Notes under the pieces: model-generated
What the model was told of the DNA's origin: nothing
Databases searched by the model: none
What the model saw: only the letters and a program-made list of their open reading frames with translations
NCBI GenBank assembly: GCA_964636235.1
Contig: CAZWQV010000004.1
Span: forward strand, 3,257-67,256
DNA: 64,000 nt
From: an uncultured Thermoplasmatales archaeon
GTDB taxonomy: Archaea > Thermoplasmatota > E2 > DHVEG-1
Reading direction: 5' to 3'
Translations under genes and position numbers: made by a program
In this document: positions 59,084 through 64,000 of the stretch, one piece after another
Layout of the letters: each line of letters opens with the position of its first letter
Numbering within the stretch: the first letter of the stretch is position 1

Positions 59084-61942
59084 ATGAAGAAACAATGGAT
59101 TATATTATTAATTGTAATGATAATAATTTTTCTTCTTTTTATACAATATTTTCAAATGAATTGTAATATTCCGCTAAAACCTAATGAGTCTTTAAATCCT
59201 GATGAATGTGGTGGTTTTATTGCAACAGGTTCAGTCTGTATAAATAATAGAAGTATGCTATTAAAGAATAGACATAGTGATAAACCAGGAACCATGAAAC
59301 CTTTTTATTATCAGGGAACTAATTACTCATTTATTGCTTTTGGAACATATAGCAAAGAGGTTGGAAGACCATATTGTCGCATGGGCATAAATGAAAAAGG
59401 TCTTTCTATAGGAAATTTTGATCAATCCGAACTTATCTCCGATGGGAATTGGAACTATATTTCAGATCATATTAGCGAAAATGAAGATTATGATATGTGG
59501 TACATATTAGGAAATTTTGATACAGTTAAAACTGCTGCAACATGGCTTGTTCATCATGCCTCTTATCCTTGCCAATGGGCAATTGTAAGTAAAGAAAAAG
59601 GGGTGGGGGCTATTGTTGCAATGGATAAAGAGTATCATGGGAATATTTCTTGGATAAATAATACATATATGGCTCTTGGAAATCGATTGTATTGTGAGCA
59701 ACAATTTAATGCTCAAATGAGGAGAACTCAGTATCTAGCGGATCAGATATATTATCATGGGATTGGCATAGAATCAACCATACCATATGCATTTTCGATA
59801 AAAGATATTGCCCTCATTTTAGCAAAAGATATCAATGCAAGTAATAACCAGTATCCTTGGTTACAAGAACCAGCATCAGGTATATATTCAGGTTACTATA
59901 TCATTGGCCAAACCGGCTCAATATGCCCGACTAGTTCCACATCATGTATGCTTGCAGTTTCAGGTGATGACAAATATAATGACTCAACAAATCTTGTTTT
60001 TTTTACTTCAGGTTATAATCCACATATAGGTCTTTTTGTTCCTATTAGTGCATCATATTTAAAAGATCAAGATGATATTCCTTTAGTATTCAGAACTGAA
60101 ATTGGTATACAACAATTTACTAATGTAGCTCAATCATATGCAGAGAATATCCCGGGTTACTATAATCGATCAAGAACGCACTATATTCATAATACAACTG
60201 ATAAATTAGAAAGTGAAATGATAGAATCATATGAGGCCATTGTTAACTTAATCCCTATCAATGAATCATATACAAATGTTCAGCATATAATACAATCATA
60301 TTGTTATAATCAGACATATAATGCTTTATCTCAATATAGAGATCTTTTTATTAAATCAATCACCCTTATTATACCCAATGAATCATATGTTTGTGGCAAT
60401 GTACAATATGTGTTTAATAAAACGTTACCATTTTATCCTTTTGAGCATACATCAGATGTCTTGATTTTAAATTCTACTGTTTGTAAAATTGATGCATTTG
60501 AACCATTGAATATTACTATAACTTATCTTAATGAGAATACACAGATAACTAAAGATGATGAATTATTAATGGAATGGTATTCAACTCCTGCAGGACGACA
60601 TGTTATTTTCAATTATTCAGGATTTAAACCATATTGCTTCTATAAAATAATTCATAATAATCAAACCACTATTATTCAATCAACATCAAAAGGTCATATA
60701 CTATATTTTTCAGTATTAGAAAAAGAAAATCATTTTCAAATACAAACAGTAAATTACACTGATAAATCTCCGACAGCCGATTTCACATTTACACCATCGA
60801 ATCCAATTGAAGGGGAGAGAGTTAGCTTTAATGCATCAATGTCATATGATGATGGAAATGATATTCAATATTACTGGGATTTAAATGATGATCATATTGT
60901 GGATCAGCAGGGTAAAAAAATTCATCATGAATTCACAACGGCAGGGACTTACTATGTTAACTTAACCATAAAAGATACCTCAAATCAATCTGATTGGATA
61001 GTAAGAGCTATCGTTATTCAAAAACCATCAAATTCAAAAAAATCTGGATCTGATAGTTCAAATCTACCAGAGTATAATATTAATACTCCTCCCAAATGCA
61101 TCTGTTCGATGGAACCGTTGCACGTATCAATCAATGAAACAATTCTTTTTAATGCCTCAGAAAGTTATGATCCCGATGGAACAATTGTCAGTTATTATTG
61201 GGATTTCGGTGATTCACATAATGAAGAAGGAAAAATCTGTAACCATACCTTCATGAAAGATGGAAGATATATGGTCATTTTAACAGTAATTGACGATGAT
61301 GGAGCAATGGATACAAATACAACATATATAATGGTACATCAACAAAACTTACCCCCCTCTCAATTAATCATTCAAGGTGAAACTTGTCTAGAAATAAATG
61401 TATCTTATCCTTTTTTCTTTCATGCAATAGATGTTGATGATGATTTTCTCAATCTTACTGTTGATTGGGGCGATGGAACACGAGATTCTACATGTATTTT
61501 GAATAATATTACATTTCCTCTTAATCATAGCTGGCAAAAAAGTGGAGAATATATCATTAAAGCACACGTTTCAGATGAATTCAAGTCTTTATCAGAATCA
61601 GTTGAATATAAATTAATTGCTGGAGAAATTGTATGTAAAATAGATGCTGAGATAAAGGGATATATTCTAAAACTAACATCGGAACCCAGATCGTTAATCT
61701 TTTATGATAACGAAACAAAAATTCATTATGATGTAAAGGAAAAAAATAATGGAACATACATAATTGATTATGAAAATGATGACTCATGGAAATATGGTAT
61801 TGCCTCAAATGGAATAGTTTATCTCAATATTCAATTTGAACAAAAAGAGACATCAGCAATAGAATTCAAATGGGTGATACTATGTGGGTTGATTGCTAGT
61901 CTTTGTTATTTTTTTATGATAAAAAAAATGATTAAAAAATAA
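59084..61942 (+). CDS. Surface-anchored Ntn-hydrolase (C45/isopenicillin-N acyltransferase-like) with PKD domains
   Basis: ECGGF (Cys42), LLKNRH, MGINEKGL. Three PKD-like repeats (FNAS.SYD, WDFGD, DWGDG). C-terminal TM and Lys-rich tail. Confidence 0.7.
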   Translation: MKKQWIILLIVMIIIFLLFIQYFQMNCNIPLKPNESLNPDECGGFIATGSVCINNRSMLLKNRHSDKPGTMKPFYYQGTNYSFIAFGTYSKEVGRPYCRMGINEKGLSIGNFDQSELISDGNWNYISDHISENEDYDMWYILGNFDTVKTAATWLVHHASYPCQWAIVSKEKGVGAIVAMDKEYHGNISWINNTYMALGNRLYCEQQFNAQMRRTQYLADQIYYHGIGIESTIPYAFSIKDIALILAKDINASNNQYPWLQEPASGIYSGYYIIGQTGSICPTSSTSCMLAVSGDDKYNDSTNLVFFTSGYNPHIGLFVPISASYLKDQDDIPLVFRTEIGIQQFTNVAQSYAENIPGYYNRSRTHYIHNTTDKLESEMIESYEAIVNLIPINESYTNVQHIIQSYCYNQTYNALSQYRDLFIKSITLIIPNESYVCGNVQYVFNKTLPFYPFEHTSDVLILNSTVCKIDAFEPLNITITYLNENTQITKDDELLMEWYSTPAGRHVIFNYSGFKPYCFYKIIHNNQTTIIQSTSKGHILYFSVLEKENHFQIQTVNYTDKSPTADFTFTPSNPIEGERVSFNASMSYDDGNDIQYYWDLNDDHIVDQQGKKIHHEFTTAGTYYVNLTIKDTSNQSDWIVRAIVIQKPSNSKKSGSDSSNLPEYNINTPPKCICSMEPLHVSINETILFNASESYDPDGTIVSYYWDFGDSHNEEGKICNHTFMKDGRYMVILTVIDDDGAMDTNTTYIMVHQQNLPPSQLIIQGETCLEINVSYPFFFHAIDVDDDFLNLTVDWGDGTRDSTCILNNITFPLNHSWQKSGEYIIKAHVSDEFKSLSESVEYKLIAGEIVCKIDAEIKGYILKLTSEPRSLIFYDNETKIHYDVKEKNNGTYIIDYENDDSWKYGIASNGIVYLNIQFEQKETSAIEFKWVILCGLIASLCYFFMIKKMIKK

Positions 61943-62072
61943 GGGTTAATTAATATAATAAAAATATTAAATTATACAAAATATATTTATATTATTTTTT
62001 ATTTAGTTATCTTGAATTTAATCTAAAGAACTCAAAAATAGAAAAGTTACTTTTCAAAAAGATGGATAAAAA

Positions 62073-62615
62073 ATGCTGAATAAAAAAAATGATAATTTTA
62101 TTTCAAAAAACATTAAAACAATAAGAAATATGATAGAAACTAATAAAGAAGCGGTTCATTTCCTCCTAAAATTTTGTATTATTACTATACTTTTTTTTGC
62201 TGTTTTTTATGTAACAATTGGTTATTTTGAAGGATTATTAATTGGTACTGCATGGCTTGCAGGAACCCTTGCAAATCTCTTTGGTATGTCAGTTACTATC
62301 AATGGATCTTTGATAAATATAGGGTCAATGAATCTTGAGATAATCCCTGAATGCACAGGAATTTTCGCACTCTTTGTAACCATTGCTTGTATTCTATCTT
62401 ATCCTGCAGATATTAAAAAAAAAGTAGTTGGAATACTTCTTATCATTCCATTTATTTTCCTCCTCAATCTTTTTCGTCTTCTTATTTTGATTCTTGTTGG
62501 AAAATACTATATTGATATATTTGAATATGTTCATTCTTATCTTTGGCAAGCAACATTCCTTATTTTTATTATTTTAGGATGGTTCCTATGGATTGAGTTG
62601 GTGGTAAAGAAATGA
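62073..62615 (+). CDS. Exosortase/archaeosortase family protein (XrtH-like)
   Basis: IIPECTG (Cys), LNLFRL (Arg), FEYVHSYLWQ (His), YP..KKK, multiple TMs. Confidence 0.88.
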   Translation: MLNKKNDNFISKNIKTIRNMIETNKEAVHFLLKFCIITILFFAVFYVTIGYFEGLLIGTAWLAGTLANLFGMSVTINGSLINIGSMNLEIIPECTGIFALFVTIACILSYPADIKKKVVGILLIIPFIFLLNLFRLLILILVGKYYIDIFEYVHSYLWQATFLIFIILGWFLWIELVVKK

Positions 62616-63304
62616 AAGATAAAATTTATTTTATTGGAAAATTTCTTATCCTTTCTTTTTTTCTTTTTCTTGTTTGGATAGTAGTTGGAAGATATTATCT
62701 TATATTATTATCCTACATCTCACAATTTATTTTATCACTTATGGGCTATAATGTTTCAATTGTAATAAATGAAAATATCATTTTTTCCTATTTGGGTTCT
62801 GAGATTAATCTAACCCACGCGGAGCTAACTAATTTTAATATTATTCCTTTTATTGCATTAGTACTTGCATCACCAATAACTTGGTTTAAACAACAAAGAT
62901 CCTTAATGATTGGCATTCCAATCATTTTTGTTTTTCATTTACTAAATCTCATTGCTCATTTTCCATATTATTATGAAGGAAATATGATCGCAGGTTTTAT
63001 CATTAATTTTTCATCAATCACTAGGTTAATCATACCATTTTTGTTGTGGTTTGCATTAACATATGATTCCATCCTTCCTTTATTTCGCATGAAAAAAAAG
63101 GAATATATCTGTCCAATTTGCTCGGAGAAAAAAACTGGAATTATTGATCATATCAATAAGAACCATAAAAATCTTAATGCGGAACAGAAAAAGAAAATTC
63201 ATCTATGGTATAAAAAACATCCTGAATTAATTCAATCTGATCAGAATAATAATGGCCATTCTTTTTATTTATATATGAGAAATTTATTTGATAAAAGTAG
63301 ATAA
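62612..63304 (+). CDS. Exosortase-associated membrane protein with C-terminal C2H2-type zinc finger
   Basis: ATGA overlap with the exosortase gene, TMs with NIIPFIALVLASP and FHL, IPFLLW, then CPIC-x9-H-x4-H. Confidence 0.6.
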   Translation: MKDKIYFIGKFLILSFFLFLVWIVVGRYYLILLSYISQFILSLMGYNVSIVINENIIFSYLGSEINLTHAELTNFNIIPFIALVLASPITWFKQQRSLMIGIPIIFVFHLLNLIAHFPYYYEGNMIAGFIINFSSITRLIIPFLLWFALTYDSILPLFRMKKKEYICPICSEKKTGIIDHINKNHKNLNAEQKKKIHLWYKKHPELIQSDQNNNGHSFYLYMRNLFDKSR

Positions 63305-63406
63305 AATTATTCTTAAAATATTATCATCAAAACAATTATATAATAAAATTTGTATCACAATTCATAGAAGAGCAGAATTCCTATTTGTCTGGGTGAGTTG
63401 GAGGAA

Positions 63407-64000
63407 TTGAAAATAAAGTATATTATCCTAATTCTACTGGTATGTATCCTATTGAATGGAGTATTGTTACAACCTTTAATAAAAGCAGATGACGTAGAAG
63501 TAAATTCAGTAAGAGAATATATACATAATAAAACAAAAGGAATATATAATTCAGAAGGCTTTTTTTCAAGTGATCTAACCAGCAATACGGTTCAAATAGC
63601 TATTGATAACTTGAAATCAAATAGTGGAACAGTATGGGTTACGGGAAATATTCATCTTGTATCAACAATTCATCCTCGATCATATGTATCGATAAATTTT
63701 TTAGGTAATACAATTGAAGTTGAAGCTAATGTTCCCGTTATTTCTTATGCTCAAAATACATTATTTTCCAATGTTAAAAATGCAGTCATTCTGTTGCCAA
63801 GTTTTTATGACCGTCCAGTTTTTTTGATGGATAATAATGGGATGGATGGCGGAAATGATGCAATTGATTTCAATAATATTGAAAATATCATTATCAACTG
63901 TGAAAAATCATACCAATATACCGGCATTCATATGAAACTTGATGGAATAAATGAAATGTGGAATAATGTATTTAAAAATATAATAATGAATGGTCCAAAA
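63407..64000 (+). CDS. Secreted pectate-lyase-like beta-helix protein (5' part, runs off the window)
   Basis: TTG start, MKIKYIILILLVCILLNGVLLQPLIKA signal, VQIAIDNLKSNSGTVWV, NNIENIII and NNVFKNI repeats. Confidence 0.6.
   Translation, partial: MKIKYIILILLVCILLNGVLLQPLIKADDVEVNSVREYIHNKTKGIYNSEGFFSSDLTSNTVQIAIDNLKSNSGTVWVTGNIHLVSTIHPRSYVSINFLGNTIEVEANVPVISYAQNTLFSNVKNAVILLPSFYDRPVFLMDNNGMDGGNDAIDFNNIENIIINCEKSYQYTGIHMKLDGINEMWNNVFKNIIMNGPK

Noticed and set aside
1044..63585. Many short ORFs in the track overlapping larger genes (e.g. 1044-1271, 4862-5107, 7194-7475, 10342-10596, 37754-38074, 43318-43653, 63355-63585)
   Set aside because: They are antisense or off-frame shadows of well-supported genes and have no recognisable motifs.
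1..64000. CRISPR arrays, IS elements, integrases, rRNA, defence systems
   Set aside because: No regularly spaced repeats, transposase or integrase motifs, or long GC-rich RNA-like segments were seen by eye. The HD-domain protein sits in a housekeeping context.

Overview
AT-rich archaeal genomic window. The archaeal assignment rests on rpl7ae-rps28e-rpl24e, radB, an Lsm/SmAP gene, an archaeal-type GAPDH, TATA/BRE promoters and GGAGG/GGTGA Shine-Dalgarno sites. Gene content suggests an uncultured Thermoplasmatota lineage such as MBG-D/Thermoprofundales (inference). The first half (1-33.7 kb) is mostly housekeeping and amino-acid catabolism: DRG GTPase, carbamate kinase, pcm, LarA, ribosomal proteins, TtuA, hutH, hutU, pheT, asnS, glucosylglycerate synthases and MscS. 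It also holds a large glycosylated surface protein and a decayed PGF-pre-PGF gene. The second half (33.9-64 kb) is a cell-surface locus: a glycosylation/EPS cluster bracketed by two paralogous PKD surface proteins, followed by further anchored proteins and an exosortase/archaeosortase pair. Highlights: (1) a bacterial-type glutaminyl-tRNA synthetase 1.8 kb from an archaeal-type tRNA-Gln(CUG) that has G1.U72/G73 in place of the usual archaeal A1-U72/A73; (2) putative thioester-domain (TED-like) adhesins in an archaeon; (3) a histidine ammonia-lyase with an Ala-Cys-Gly MIO triad; (4) two structured intergenic sRNA candidates; (5) a GT4 gene with no canonical start, in frame behind the upstream TAG. 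No CRISPR array, rRNA or mobile element was seen. All family assignments come from motif recognition by eye, not database searches.
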